From a virus (lineage: Duplodnaviria > Caudoviricetes), in the IMG/VR virus record IMGVR_UViG_3300034101_003180, positions 748-64,747 of that record: 64,000 nucleotides of DNA; one strand, given 5' to 3'. Both the position numbers and the translations under genes were made by a program. This document shows, in pieces, positions 29,037 to 39,537 of the stretch. Below the pieces are notes generated by a model. It saw only the letters and a program-made list of their open reading frames with translations. It did no database searches and was not told the origin of the DNA. The number at the start of each line of letters is the position of its first letter. Position 1 is the first letter of the stretch.

Positions 29037-29339
29037 TTATCTTACAAATCTTCCTATACCTTTGCCCGCACTGTCTAATCTATCATGATATCTTTTTGGC
29101 ACCATCCCATTATTTTTAATTCTATCAACTACTTCATTCCAAGCACTTCCACAGACTTTTGTTGGAGTTAAAGCCATATCATATGCAATGGAATTTCTTT
29201 GTCCTTCCCAATTTTTTACAACTTTTTTCTTTCCACAAGAAGGGCATTTTTGTTTGATGGGGGCATCACTTTCAGACATTTTTAAAAACAATTCAAATTC
29301 ATGATCACATTTTTCACACTTAAAAGCATAGTTTGGCAT
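29037..29339 (-). CDS. FmdB-family zinc-ribbon protein
   Basis: MPNYAFKCEKCDHEFE...CPSCG. Confidence 0.85.
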   Translation of the reverse strand: MPNYAFKCEKCDHEFELFLKMSESDAPIKQKCPSCGKKKVVKNWEGQRNSIAYDMALTPTKVCGSAWNEVVDRIKNNGMVPKRYHDRLDSAGKGIGRFVR

Positions 29340-29340
29340 A

Positions 29341-29829
29341 TTATTTCTTCCTAAAAGTAATTAGCATGTGATCAAACAAGAACCCATAGGATGGTTCCTT
29401 TGGTTTATTTTTAAGAGGCATTTTTGCTTCTTTGGGTGTCTTATTTCCTTTTGCAAGATTGCAATCTTTGCAAGAAGTTACCATATTGACCCAAGTAGAT
29501 CCACCGCCTTTTGACTTGGGAACGATATGATCTACAGTTGCTGTTTTATCACAAAGATCTATTCCGCAGTATTGACATGTATAATTGTCTCTGCGGAATA
29601 CATTTTTTCTATTTGGAACTACTCGTTTAAAAGGAAGTTTGACGTAGTATTTTAAAATTAATACCTTTGGAATTTTAACAATTTTAGAAACTGAAACAAC
29701 TTCATAGTATTCGGGAGTTTGTTCGTCAACCCATACTTTATCTTTTGAAATAAGTTTAAATGCTTTTCCAACGGTAATAATATTAAGCGGTGTATTGTCT
29801 TGATTGAGCAAGAGGACCTGCTTAGTCAT
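29341..29829 (-). CDS. HNH endonuclease (McrA-like)
   Basis: VLLLN start, RDNYTCQYCG, TVDHIVPKSKGG, SCKDCNLAKG; start reassigned to MTKQVLLLN. Confidence 0.9.
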   Translation of the reverse strand: MTKQVLLLNQDNTPLNIITVGKAFKLISKDKVWVDEQTPEYYEVVSVSKIVKIPKVLILKYYVKLPFKRVVPNRKNVFRRDNYTCQYCGIDLCDKTATVDHIVPKSKGGGSTWVNMVTSCKDCNLAKGNKTPKEAKMPLKNKPKEPSYGFLFDHMLITFRKK

Positions 29830-29869
29830 ACCTTTTAAGTATTTATGAAAATCTAAATATTTTAAAGCC

Positions 29870-30160
29870 ATGGATAATAAACAAGATAGACAATTTTATT
29901 GGGAAGTCAAGGATTTTATGCAAAAAAAGACAAATCCTGTAACACCAGCACCCAATAAACTACAAAATACAATTAAAGAAGTGACATCAAATATTCCATC
30001 AGTTTCAGCGCCAGTCAATGATATGGTAAATAGTTCCTCACAATTAAAAAATTCTGTAAATGAAACTATTCAAAAATATCAAAATAGTTTAAATAGACAA
30101 AAACCACAATCATTCAAAACAAGTGCAAACATAAATCTAAATCCTTTTAGAATTAAATGA
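29870..30160 (+). CDS. Hypothetical late protein
   Basis: CTAAATA box upstream; 96 aa. Confidence 0.6.
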   Translation: MDNKQDRQFYWEVKDFMQKKTNPVTPAPNKLQNTIKEVTSNIPSVSAPVNDMVNSSSQLKNSVNETIQKYQNSLNRQKPQSFKTSANINLNPFRIK

Positions 30161-30161
30161 T

Positions 30162-32024
30162 ATGAGTAATTTGCCTCCAACACTTCAACATATCTTAAAA
30201 CAAAGATATGAAAATAAGTTGCTCTTGGAAAAAAGAAAAGAGCAAGAAGATCCATTCTTGGAGCAATATCCAAGATATAAAGCTGTTGGTGAATTTGGAG
30301 AACAGGCTTTAGAGAGATTAAAAGAAATTGGAACTGATCCTGAAACATACAAAATGGCAGCTCTTGCCACGCTACTTGGTATAGCATTTCCACCATCTAT
30401 TCCCTTTATAATAGCAGGAGCTGCTGGTGCTGGTACATATAGTGCATATCAACAAGCCCAATCTGGTAACTATGGAGCAGCAGCAGTTGATGTTGGACTA
30501 GGCGTGTTACCTCTAGGAACCAAGGGTGGAAGAGCATCTTTTAAACCCGGTGCAGCAAAGAATGTTAGAGCAAGACCTGTTGCTGCACCAGAAGCAGCCG
30601 CTTCTTCATCAGTGCTTGCAAATCTTAGACAAAGAATGCAAGCAGCCCAACAACCACCAGATGTTGCTTTTAAAATTCCCGAACCAAAACCACCAAAAGA
30701 ATTTGCTGATGTATTATGGGATGCAAGCAAAGGAGTTTCTGAATTACCACCTCTTACACCGTGGGAATTAGTTCAAGCAGAAATGCGTTTGACTTCACCA
30801 CCAAGACAAGGTATGCCTGGGACTACAGTAAGAGGTGTTGATGGAAAGCCTACACGGGTATCACCATATGGTTTAACTGATAAAGAAATAAGAAGAATTG
30901 AAAAATTTGGAAACGCTGCAGAAAAAGATATAATATCAAAAGCAAAACAAAGACAAGTAGGAAAAACAATAGGTGGTGAAGTAGGAGAAAGAATCGCTTC
31001 ATCTGAAAGCCCCTTCATAAAGGGAGTTGTAGACAAATATTATCAAACTCAAAGAGAAGCAGGCTGGACTCCTGAAGAACCATCTATTGGTCAAGCCAGA
31101 GAAACATTTAGAAGATCTGGAATACCAGTAGTTCCTCTTGAAATAACACCTCCAAAACAATCAGAAATTGTAATGCGACCTGTGATTGTTCTACAGCCAT
31201 ATCAATATGCAAATAGAGCCGAATATATTCAAGCAGTTCAAAAAGAAGTTCGTAAAAAATTAACTGATGAAGAAATAGCCGAACTTTCAAAAGTTTATGA
31301 CGAATCTGTAAGAAATGCAGGATATGGTGCAAGAACACTTCCTATTGAACCAGTTCACAGTGTAGAATATTCTGATGGGTTTACTTCTAAAAAGGCACCT
31401 ATGCCCGAAACACTAAGAAAAGCAGCAAGTGGTGCAGGTGTTGCAGTGGAATTGGCCACAACGGGTGGAGCAAAAACTGTAGAGATTCCGCCTCCACAAC
31501 CACCTGCGGTTGTAGAAGTAGTACCTTCAACATCAAGAGCCATTGAAACAACTAAAGTTCCAAGTGTTCCAGAAACAAGACCAACAACTGGTGTAAGCAA
31601 AACACAAAGCACTGCAAAATCTACCACACAAATTCCAGTTCCAGTTTCTTCAGAAGAAAAACCAGTTTCTTCAGAAGAACCAGAAAAAGAAAAACAAGTT
31701 GACACTTCTCAAGATTCCGAGGTTACTAAAGAACAACAAAAGCAAATTGATCAATACAATCAAATAACTCCAGCAATTGCTGCTGCAAGCCTTTTCTTTC
31801 CGTTTAAAGGTTCACCAAATCTTCCCCCTAAAGAAATACCACAAATACCTAGAGAACCTTTGGCAAAAAGAAAATTCCAAATTGAACCAACAAAACAAGA
31901 AAAGAAACAACCATCTGATTTACAAGATTTAGTGGCTTTACTTGCTCCAGATAGTGAAGAATTAAGAACAGCACTAAAAAGAGGCCAGTTAGGTCAAATT
32001 AGTGGATATTATCAATTAGCGTGA
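30162..32024 (+). CDS. Putative internal head/ejected protein with hydrophobic Gly/Ala hairpin
   Basis: KLLLE candidate cleavage site, ALATLLGIAF...GNYGAAAVDVGLGVLP, Pro/Thr-rich C-terminus. Confidence 0.6.
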   Translation: MSNLPPTLQHILKQRYENKLLLEKRKEQEDPFLEQYPRYKAVGEFGEQALERLKEIGTDPETYKMAALATLLGIAFPPSIPFIIAGAAGAGTYSAYQQAQSGNYGAAAVDVGLGVLPLGTKGGRASFKPGAAKNVRARPVAAPEAAASSSVLANLRQRMQAAQQPPDVAFKIPEPKPPKEFADVLWDASKGVSELPPLTPWELVQAEMRLTSPPRQGMPGTTVRGVDGKPTRVSPYGLTDKEIRRIEKFGNAAEKDIISKAKQRQVGKTIGGEVGERIASSESPFIKGVVDKYYQTQREAGWTPEEPSIGQARETFRRSGIPVVPLEITPPKQSEIVMRPVIVLQPYQYANRAEYIQAVQKEVRKKLTDEEIAELSKVYDESVRNAGYGARTLPIEPVHSVEYSDGFTSKKAPMPETLRKAASGAGVAVELATTGGAKTVEIPPPQPPAVVEVVPSTSRAIETTKVPSVPETRPTTGVSKTQSTAKSTTQIPVPVSSEEKPVSSEEPEKEKQVDTSQDSEVTKEQQKQIDQYNQITPAIAAASLFFPFKGSPNLPPKEIPQIPREPLAKRKFQIEPTKQEKKQPSDLQDLVALLAPDSEELRTALKRGQLGQISGYYQLA

Positions 32025-32038
32025 TATAATATATTATA

Positions 32039-32701
32039 GTGTGTACATTTAAAACTTTTAATCATAAATTCATCGATATAAAATCCGAAATTAAAGAAGT
32101 AGAAGTAGACGGAAAACGTTTTTATTCTACTCCCGGTGGTGTATTTCCTAGTGTAACAACTGTTACTGGATTTGAAAAAAAACAATTTTTTGCCGAATGG
32201 CGAGAAAAGAATCCAGAAGAAAGCAAAAGAGTTACAGTTCGTGGTACAAAATTTCATAGTACGATTGAATCCTATTTGAGAAATGAACCGATAGACTTAG
32301 AGAATATGTTACCAGGAAATAAGGCTTTATTTTTATTATTAAAACCAGAACTTGATAAAATTGATAACATTCTAGCGTTAGAAACAGCCCTTTGGTCAAA
32401 AACTGTTGGGCTTGCTGGTCGTACTGATTGCATTGCAGAATATGATGGTAAATTATCCATAATAGATTTTAAAGCCAGCAGCAAAGAAAAGAAAAAAAGC
32501 CACGTAGACAATTATTTTACACAAGCAACAGCATATTCATTAATGTTTCAAGAGAGAACTGGAATTAAAATAGATAATTTTGCAATTTTAATTGCTTGTG
32601 AAGATGGCATAAGACAAGTATTTGAAGACAAACCAATTAGATATGTAAAAGAATTGCATAAAATAATAAAAAAATATAAGGAATCAAATGGAAATCCATA
32701 A
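32039..32701 (+). CDS. PD-(D/E)XK exonuclease
   Basis: PSVTTV, RGT.FH, AGRTDCI, IIDFK, YFTQATAY; GTG 8 nt after TATAAT. Confidence 0.88.
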   Translation: MCTFKTFNHKFIDIKSEIKEVEVDGKRFYSTPGGVFPSVTTVTGFEKKQFFAEWREKNPEESKRVTVRGTKFHSTIESYLRNEPIDLENMLPGNKALFLLLKPELDKIDNILALETALWSKTVGLAGRTDCIAEYDGKLSIIDFKASSKEKKKSHVDNYFTQATAYSLMFQERTGIKIDNFAILIACEDGIRQVFEDKPIRYVKELHKIIKKYKESNGNP

Positions 32702-33266
32702 TGTTAGGACTGAAACGGATGAAGTAAATAGACCGGGTTCAAGAATCTGGTTAATGATGAATGATAATTCAAAGGCAAAAATTTTAAGAGATCAATTTAT
32801 TTCAAAACACGGCGGTTCTTTTTACAGAGACGGGAGATTTTGGAAGTGGAGGTCTCCAGTAACTGAAAAAAATGGATATTGGTTAAAACGAGTAGATACA
32901 CAAGAAAAAGTATTTTTTGAAAGTATGACTGAATTTGGAAATAAACATGGCTTAACTCCAGTAAAAATTTGTGAATTATTGAATGGCAAAAGAAAAACAT
33001 ATAAAGGCTGGACTGCTGTGGAAATACGAGCCGTAAAGGAGGGGGTGGGCTCCAACATAAAAGAAAAAGAGAAAAAGAAAATAAAGATAAAATCTTATAA
33101 CGGTGCTACATTTCAAAATATAGTGACCAAAGAAGTATTTTACATAGACAATATTTTTCAATTTTGTAAGGACAATGGGTTGTGCAGCAGTAATCTTTAT
33201 AAAGTAGCAACTGGGAAGGCAAAAAGTTATAAAAATTTAAAATTGTATAATCCTTTGGAGACCTAA
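32688..33266 (+). CDS. Protein with two NUMOD1-like HTH DNA-binding repeats
   Basis: F.....GL......LLNGKRKTYKGW and FCKDNGL......ATGKAKSYKN. Confidence 0.6.
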   Translation: MEIHNVRTETDEVNRPGSRIWLMMNDNSKAKILRDQFISKHGGSFYRDGRFWKWRSPVTEKNGYWLKRVDTQEKVFFESMTEFGNKHGLTPVKICELLNGKRKTYKGWTAVEIRAVKEGVGSNIKEKEKKKIKIKSYNGATFQNIVTKEVFYIDNIFQFCKDNGLCSSNLYKVATGKAKSYKNLKLYNPLET

Positions 33267-33286
33267 AATTATCATAAATAATTTAG

Positions 33287-35659
33287 ATGAACTTCAAAGA
33301 TCTACTAAATTTATTGGAACAAAAGCGTTCTACAGCCGATTCTTTCCGTACTACTGGTGAAGCCATGGAAAAGGATAAGATAAAGTCTTCTTCTGCCACC
33401 GATAAGCAAAAAGATGCAGAAAGAAAGCGCAAAGAGCGTGCTAGACAAATTCCAAGAGAGCGTAGGTCAAAAGACCAACTCATTAAAGAAGTAATCGCAG
33501 TAAAAACACCATCTGGAAGAGTTCAACTTATCTTCAAGGATTCATTTGATAAGAGTAAGCATCAAAAAATTAATAAAAATGAAAGTATGACTATGGAAGA
33601 AGCCCGTGCATTGACGGGTGATCCAAAGTTTGAACAAACAGGTGCATCAAAACTTTTGTTTGGAAATGTAAGAGAAAAAGAATCCAAGAAAACCGATAAA
33701 GGTAAAATTTCTGGAAAAGAAACAGATAAAAAGGTAACACAGTCACAAGATTCTGAATCCGAGGGGGCTGAGGGAAAACCTCAGCAAAAAGAAGCAAAGA
33801 AATTATCTAAACAAGATATCTTTGAGTTGATGACTCAGATGACTCCTGAGCAATTAAATCAAATTCCATTTGAAATGCGTCAAGAGTATTTCAAAATGGT
33901 AAGAAATCCACCGACAAACAGTAGTTTTGATTCTATGACCTTTGAGGCATTATCCAATAAGTTTGGAATCAATCCACTATCTACAGCATCTTATAATCAA
34001 CAAGTATTGAATGCACTGATATTTTTGGCCAAGATAAAGGCTGGCGCTGGAGAACAAGAACTTGAATCTTATACAGCAATTGCTCCAAATGCATTAGATT
34101 TCACTAAAAACGCCTTTGAACAAGCCAAAAAAATTCTTTCACAAATTGGTGAAGCGTGCATTCAAAATCTTGTTGCAAGCGTTGAAAGTGGTTCAAAGAC
34201 CATATTTGCGGAAGGTAACGTGGATATGGAATGTGGGAACTACAAATTCAATATATCTGCTGGTGGTGAGTTTTCTCTAACCACAGATAAATTTGATCAA
34301 AGCAGTAAGTCTTTCAGAGGATTAATTAAAAATTCTTTGGCTACAGCTTTGTCCACAACAAATTTAGAAAAAGATCCAAAATTTTCTAAATTTGCTCAAA
34401 CAATATCTACGGTTGGATCAAAGTTTTCAACTATGTTGCTTTCTAAAGAAGCAATATCAGCCATTCAAAATAACCCCCAATTGGCTGCTCAATTAGAAAA
34501 TGTAAGTCTAACAGATAGTGAAGGAAAAGAAATCGGTAAACTATTTGATGAAAATGGAAAAGTAAATAAATTAGCATCATTAGATGGTTATCAACAAGAA
34601 ATAACAAAATCTGCTCCTTCGTTATTTAAAAATGCCCAAAATAAAATTTCTGAGTTTAGTGATGTATTCGTGAAAAATATTTTAAAAACATATTATCGTG
34701 GTGATATGTTGAAGAAGCCAGAAGAGTCACCAACACACTTAGTTACACAAAATGGAATATTTCCAATGAGTGACGAATATTTTGATGAAATTTCAAAATC
34801 AGCATCTGTCTCTGTTAAATCATCTTCTACAATCACATCAAAAGATAATATTAAACAAAGGCAAGATAGTCAATCAGAGATAACTAGAAGATTTGCAACT
34901 GTTGTAGAACAAAAACAAGAGTTAGATTTAAATTCTTTATTCGTATCAAAAGACAATATAAATCCAGTTCAAATTGCTATGGACTATATTGCTAATAATA
35001 TGGATTTTGATATAAATGTAAGTTTGATACCAGGATTTAAAACATCTGATCTAAACACTATACAATACAATTATGTAAGAATCAATGGTAAAACAATAAA
35101 AATACCAGTTGAAAAAACAGATACACTAAAAACATTTGTCAATGAAAATGCTGTTTTGTTTATAAATTACTTGTTGACTGAATCGCTTACAAATAATTTT
35201 ATTCTTTCTTCATTAGTGAATTCAAAGTTATTAACAGATGCTGAAGCTGCTGCATTGGTACAACCCGGGATATTAACTGAAGACAATGGCACTTTAAAAA
35301 ATATTTTTCATCAAGTTTCTTCCCGTGCCATTGTCTTTCCAGAAATGTTGATGGCAGTTTTAAATCAAAGAGAAAAACAATTACAAGAAGCAAAGAAAAG
35401 AAATTATGCCATGGAGTATAGAAATTATCATGGCAAACCAAAGCAAAGAAAAGAGCGTGCCAAAAGAACTAAAGCCCGTGAAGAAATGATAAAAAAGGGT
35501 CGGGTAAGAAAGGGTGATGGAAAAGATATTGATCACAAGAGAGCCCTCAGACACGGTGGTTCAAACGGCATAAATAATCTACGAGTCCGAGATAAATCGG
35601 ACAACAGATCAGATAATGGCCACTCAAAAGGTGAAAAACAAGATAAGGATTGGAAGTAA
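33287..35659 (+). CDS. Large putative internal protein with C-terminal HNH-like domain
   Basis: MNFKDLLNLLE N-terminus; GDGKDIDHK....GGSN...NLR......NRS. Confidence 0.7.
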   Translation: MNFKDLLNLLEQKRSTADSFRTTGEAMEKDKIKSSSATDKQKDAERKRKERARQIPRERRSKDQLIKEVIAVKTPSGRVQLIFKDSFDKSKHQKINKNESMTMEEARALTGDPKFEQTGASKLLFGNVREKESKKTDKGKISGKETDKKVTQSQDSESEGAEGKPQQKEAKKLSKQDIFELMTQMTPEQLNQIPFEMRQEYFKMVRNPPTNSSFDSMTFEALSNKFGINPLSTASYNQQVLNALIFLAKIKAGAGEQELESYTAIAPNALDFTKNAFEQAKKILSQIGEACIQNLVASVESGSKTIFAEGNVDMECGNYKFNISAGGEFSLTTDKFDQSSKSFRGLIKNSLATALSTTNLEKDPKFSKFAQTISTVGSKFSTMLLSKEAISAIQNNPQLAAQLENVSLTDSEGKEIGKLFDENGKVNKLASLDGYQQEITKSAPSLFKNAQNKISEFSDVFVKNILKTYYRGDMLKKPEESPTHLVTQNGIFPMSDEYFDEISKSASVSVKSSSTITSKDNIKQRQDSQSEITRRFATVVEQKQELDLNSLFVSKDNINPVQIAMDYIANNMDFDINVSLIPGFKTSDLNTIQYNYVRINGKTIKIPVEKTDTLKTFVNENAVLFINYLLTESLTNNFILSSLVNSKLLTDAEAAALVQPGILTEDNGTLKNIFHQVSSRAIVFPEMLMAVLNQREKQLQEAKKRNYAMEYRNYHGKPKQRKERAKRTKAREEMIKKGRVRKGDGKDIDHKRALRHGGSNGINNLRVRDKSDNRSDNGHSKGEKQDKDWK

Positions 35660-36810
35660 TGAACCGCAAGACAAAATTACTAGTTGAAAAAGTCTTTGAA
35701 CGCTCCGGTTTAGGTAAGTGGTTCAATAAGGAATCTGCTGGTGGTGGCCCCGGCTGGGATCGTTATAATACCAAGGGAGAGCGTGTTGGTAAGTGTGGTG
35801 ATGCAGATGAGGGAGATGCCTACTCCGCTTGTCTAAGCCGTCAGAAGGCCGATAAACTAGGAAAGGGTGGCATTGCATCATTTGTTCGTCGCAAGAGATC
35901 TGCTCAAAAGAAAGCAGGCCGTGGTAAAAAGGGATCTATAAAAGGAAAAGGAAAAAAGCCAGTATTTGTAAAGACTGGTGTTACTGATATAAAGGAAACG
36001 TATGACACCTTTATCGTTGAAAGCCATTCAAATGTTTTTCAAATGAATTTTACTCCAATAGAAGCATGGGAACTACTTCCATGTGATCTTATAATTAATG
36101 AATCTGGAGAAGTATTTGATATCGATTATATAGAAGAGTCTAATGATAATTTACTAGTTGTAATGACAAATGAAGACGGAGAATTCATTACTGAAAACTT
36201 TTCTAAAGATACTGTTATGGGATTTTTAGATAATTTAGAAGAAGCAGCATTTAATGAATTTGGTGATAAAATCGAAATATATGAATCTGAAGGTAAAAAA
36301 GTTAAACTCAACAAGATAATGCGCGGTGATGTTAAGAAGTATAAAGTTTATGTAAAAAATGATAAGGGCAATGTTGTTAAGGTAAACTTCGGTGATCCCA
36401 ACATGGAAATCAAGCGGGATGACCCAGCACGCAGAAAGAACTTCCGTGCCCGTCATAACTGTGATAACCCTGGTCCTCGTTGGAAAGCAAGATATTGGGC
36501 TTGCAAAACATGGAGTGCCACGCCGGTTAGTTCTATGTTAAAAGAGGAACTAGAGTGCTTGGAAGAAGGAAAGAAAAATAAAGCTAAAGATCCAAAAAAA
36601 TGGAGTTCCTGTATCGCACAAGCAAAACAAAAATTTGATGTTTATCCAAGTGCTTATGCCAATGCATGGGCTGCTAAATGCTATAAGAGTAAGGGTGGTA
36701 AATGGAAAGCAGTGTCTGAAAGCATTGCCGAAGAAATTTACAACAGCCTTAAAGATAAAAAATACGATCCAGATTTGTTTAATTTAATAAAACAAAGAAA
36801 ATTTAATTGA
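35659..36810 (+). CDS. Multi-module basic protein (small basic phage domains separated by acidic linkers)
   Basis: GLGKWF, VNFGDPNMEIKR...NFRARHNC...ARYWAC, KFDVYPSAYAN...YK.KGG.W; TAATG coupling. Confidence 0.7.
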   Translation: MNRKTKLLVEKVFERSGLGKWFNKESAGGGPGWDRYNTKGERVGKCGDADEGDAYSACLSRQKADKLGKGGIASFVRRKRSAQKKAGRGKKGSIKGKGKKPVFVKTGVTDIKETYDTFIVESHSNVFQMNFTPIEAWELLPCDLIINESGEVFDIDYIEESNDNLLVVMTNEDGEFITENFSKDTVMGFLDNLEEAAFNEFGDKIEIYESEGKKVKLNKIMRGDVKKYKVYVKNDKGNVVKVNFGDPNMEIKRDDPARRKNFRARHNCDNPGPRWKARYWACKTWSATPVSSMLKEELECLEEGKKNKAKDPKKWSSCIAQAKQKFDVYPSAYANAWAAKCYKSKGGKWKAVSESIAEEIYNSLKDKKYDPDLFNLIKQRKFN

Positions 36811-36829
36811 TCTAAATAAAAGAGAAGCC

Positions 36830-37363
36830 ATGAAATTCAAACAATTACTTAAAAAAATCGAACCAATAAATGAAAATTCAGGTGAGCAAACCTTTGGTGG
36901 TGGTTTATTCATCGGTGATCCACAAGCACCAAGAATGCCAAGTCCCTTAACAGATAAGGGCACTTTTAATCTTAAACTTCCACGATCAATTGATGCAATC
37001 AATGCACTTCTTTTTGGATTAAGTCAGAGAGATTATATTGATCCAGATAGCATCTTATCAACAGTAAAAGAAAAATTAAATCACTTTGGTTTAGATTTTG
37101 AATATAAGTCTTCTCTACAAGACGGCGAAAATTCATATAAATTATATCAATACGGTAGTCCTTACATTGGAGTATATGGTCAAAACCCATATCAAGATGT
37201 AAATAAAACTGGTTTTAGCCAAGGTGATGGCATATCTGAAAAGATGGGTCATGGATTAAAACTATTAGCAACTGTAATAAAGCAACCTAATTCTCTTCGT
37301 AAAGTTCAAATGGTAATTGTGCCAGATATGGGTTCTGATGAAAATTGTGGTTGTATGCACTGA
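36830..37363 (+). CDS. Hypothetical T4-like late protein
   Basis: MKFKQLL...INE N-terminus; CTAAATA upstream. Confidence 0.65.
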   Translation: MKFKQLLKKIEPINENSGEQTFGGGLFIGDPQAPRMPSPLTDKGTFNLKLPRSIDAINALLFGLSQRDYIDPDSILSTVKEKLNHFGLDFEYKSSLQDGENSYKLYQYGSPYIGVYGQNPYQDVNKTGFSQGDGISEKMGHGLKLLATVIKQPNSLRKVQMVIVPDMGSDENCGCMH

Positions 37364-37370
37364 AAAAAAT

Positions 37371-37766
37371 ATGGAGAAAGATTCTTTAACTGAGATTAAT
37401 TTTATTAATTTCTGTCAAAAGAATTATTTTAATTCTCATTGTTCTGGAAAAACGGAATTTATTGATGATTTAAAACGTGTAAAATACGTTAAAAGATTAA
37501 TTCAAAAAATTCACAAATATAAAACTATAAAATCCATAAGAGAACGATTGATATTAAATCATATCATCATTTTAAAAAATGTTTTTGGTGAAGAAAATTC
37601 AGCAAGAATACTTTTTTTTAAGTTAGAGCCAAAATTACATTCTTACCTAAAATCTTTCTTAGTATTTTTAGAATATAAAATTACTAATATACCAGAAGCA
37701 CAATATCATAAAATTAATACAGATCCCCGTATTGATAAAAAATTAGTTGGTTCAAAAACTAAATAA
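37371..37766 (+). CDS. Conserved T4-like hypothetical protein
   Basis: DDLKRVKYVKRL...ERLILNHIIIL.NVFG...LFFKL...LKSFLVFL. Confidence 0.75.
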   Translation: MEKDSLTEINFINFCQKNYFNSHCSGKTEFIDDLKRVKYVKRLIQKIHKYKTIKSIRERLILNHIIILKNVFGEENSARILFFKLEPKLHSYLKSFLVFLEYKITNIPEAQYHKINTDPRIDKKLVGSKTK

Positions 37767-37771
37767 TTTAG

Positions 37772-39514
37772 ATGAACCATATTCAGTATATACCTTCATT
37801 CTATTTTTATAAGTTTGCAAATGCTATAAGTGCTCCTTATACTGCATTGAGTGCATACAGTAATGGTTTAATTGATGAAAGTGGAAATATAATTTCAAAT
37901 GAAGGTTCTTTAGATGACTTTGAGTATTTTGTAATAAAGTTAAAAAAAATCTTTGAAGATCTCCCACCCGGATTAACAAAAAGTAGACTTACCAATGTTT
38001 CTTCTATAATGCAATTATTTTCAGAAGAAATTGAAAAAATTGGAATATCACAAGAACAATTAATATGTCTTATCGAAGCACACGTAACATTAAACAGTGA
38101 TAATACTGTAAGTTTTATAGAGTTACTTGAAGATATGGGCACTGGTGCTATGTCAACAGGATCTCAACCCGGAGAATTGGGTACGCCAGCGGAGGCACCT
38201 GAAGCAAATAAAGGAAATGTATCTGGTTATGATCCTCGTTTGGGTGAAATACTTACTAGAAGTCAACCAGTTAATATGTTCTCAAATGTTGAAATGTTTA
38301 GTGTTCCATCTCAAGAATTTAAAGCATTTAAACAATCAAAGGCATGGAGACATTTGCCAGATAGTCCAACAAAAAGATATCTTCAGCGTTTCCAAAGAAG
38401 AAACAAAGAAGGTAAAATGGCAGTTCGTGATGAATCAAGTGGTGAAATTTTCTTTGTACCTTACAAAGAAAAAAGTTTTATGGAAGAGTTTAATTTAGAA
38501 GGGTTGCCTATTTTGAGTGAACAAAGAGATTTTACAGAACCATTCAGAGCTGCTTTGGATGCTCTAAGAAAAGGTAATCGAACCGATAATGATGGGAAGG
38601 TTACTAGAGGTGAATCAGGTGAAAGATTTGCTCAAATTGTTGCAAATATTTCCAATCTTAGTAATGCAATAAAACACGCAGGCATTCAATCTGATGCTGT
38701 AGATAGATCTATTGAAATAGCACAAAAACAAGCAGAAAAACCAGTTGCAAAACAAGGAACAGACGCATATCTTTGGACTCCCGATGGAGATTTTCAAGAA
38801 GTTGATGCAAAACAAGTTGACGCAGATCGTGGAAGAAGAATTTATCCCGGTGATGAACCACATGAATTAATTGCTGGATTGCCTGAATATCAAGATTTAA
38901 TGAAAGGGTTGCGATCTGGCGCACCAATTGAAGCGTTGAAGGGTTTAAATCGAAGGTTCAGAGAACAAACAAAACAAATTGCACCTGGTGTACGCACAAT
39001 AAGCGACCCTTCAAAATTGTCTCCACAACAATCAGTCAATCAAACAATATTAACAAGATTTGTTGCTGGAACACCTACAATGCCTCAAGCATTTATAAGA
39101 ACACCAGGAAAAAAAGTTCCAAATTATTGGGGTGCAGGATCTGTTCCCCTTGTTCCAAAAGAGGTTCTTTCAGCAGCAAGTGGTGAATCTAGAGCAACTT
39201 TTAATACGAGAGTATTTCAAAGAAAAATTAAAGATGGAAAACAAATGCCACCGGAAAGTGAAATCTTTGTAAGAGGTGGAAATCCTTTTAGTAGAGGTGC
39301 TATGGAAAGAATGAGACAATTGAGTGGCTTAAAACCGGGAGAACCAATACGCAATTGGAGTGCAAGTTTTCAAGATGTAAATCGCTATGGTAAGTCAAGA
39401 GGGCAAGAAATTTATGATTTGAGAATAGGTGAACAGGATTGGAATGTGGTAAGACCACATCTTAATGCGGATGTTGCTGCTGAATATGAAAAAATTTTAC
39501 GTGATATTGGATAA
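37772..39514 (+). CDS. T4-like N-terminal domain with long unknown C-terminal extension
   Basis: YKF......PY....AY..GLIDESGN; CTAAATA 6 nt before ATG. Confidence 0.65.
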   Translation: MNHIQYIPSFYFYKFANAISAPYTALSAYSNGLIDESGNIISNEGSLDDFEYFVIKLKKIFEDLPPGLTKSRLTNVSSIMQLFSEEIEKIGISQEQLICLIEAHVTLNSDNTVSFIELLEDMGTGAMSTGSQPGELGTPAEAPEANKGNVSGYDPRLGEILTRSQPVNMFSNVEMFSVPSQEFKAFKQSKAWRHLPDSPTKRYLQRFQRRNKEGKMAVRDESSGEIFFVPYKEKSFMEEFNLEGLPILSEQRDFTEPFRAALDALRKGNRTDNDGKVTRGESGERFAQIVANISNLSNAIKHAGIQSDAVDRSIEIAQKQAEKPVAKQGTDAYLWTPDGDFQEVDAKQVDADRGRRIYPGDEPHELIAGLPEYQDLMKGLRSGAPIEALKGLNRRFREQTKQIAPGVRTISDPSKLSPQQSVNQTILTRFVAGTPTMPQAFIRTPGKKVPNYWGAGSVPLVPKEVLSAASGESRATFNTRVFQRKIKDGKQMPPESEIFVRGGNPFSRGAMERMRQLSGLKPGEPIRNWSASFQDVNRYGKSRGQEIYDLRIGEQDWNVVRPHLNADVAAEYEKILRDIG

Positions 39515-39536
39515 AAAAATCCCCTTTCGGGGATTT
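39513..39536. terminator. Intrinsic terminator between convergent genes
   Basis: A7-TCCCC-TTTC-GGGGATTT. Confidence 0.75.
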
Positions 39537-39537
39537 C

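Noticed and set aside
32039-32701. Cas4 / CRISPR-Cas system
   Set aside because: Lacks the Fe-S cysteine pattern; ordinary phage PD-(D/E)XK exonuclease; no other cas genes
38600-38830. PD-(D/E)XK-like motif (GERF...TDAYL...EVDAK) in the 37772 protein
   Set aside because: Motif too degenerate to support without structure prediction
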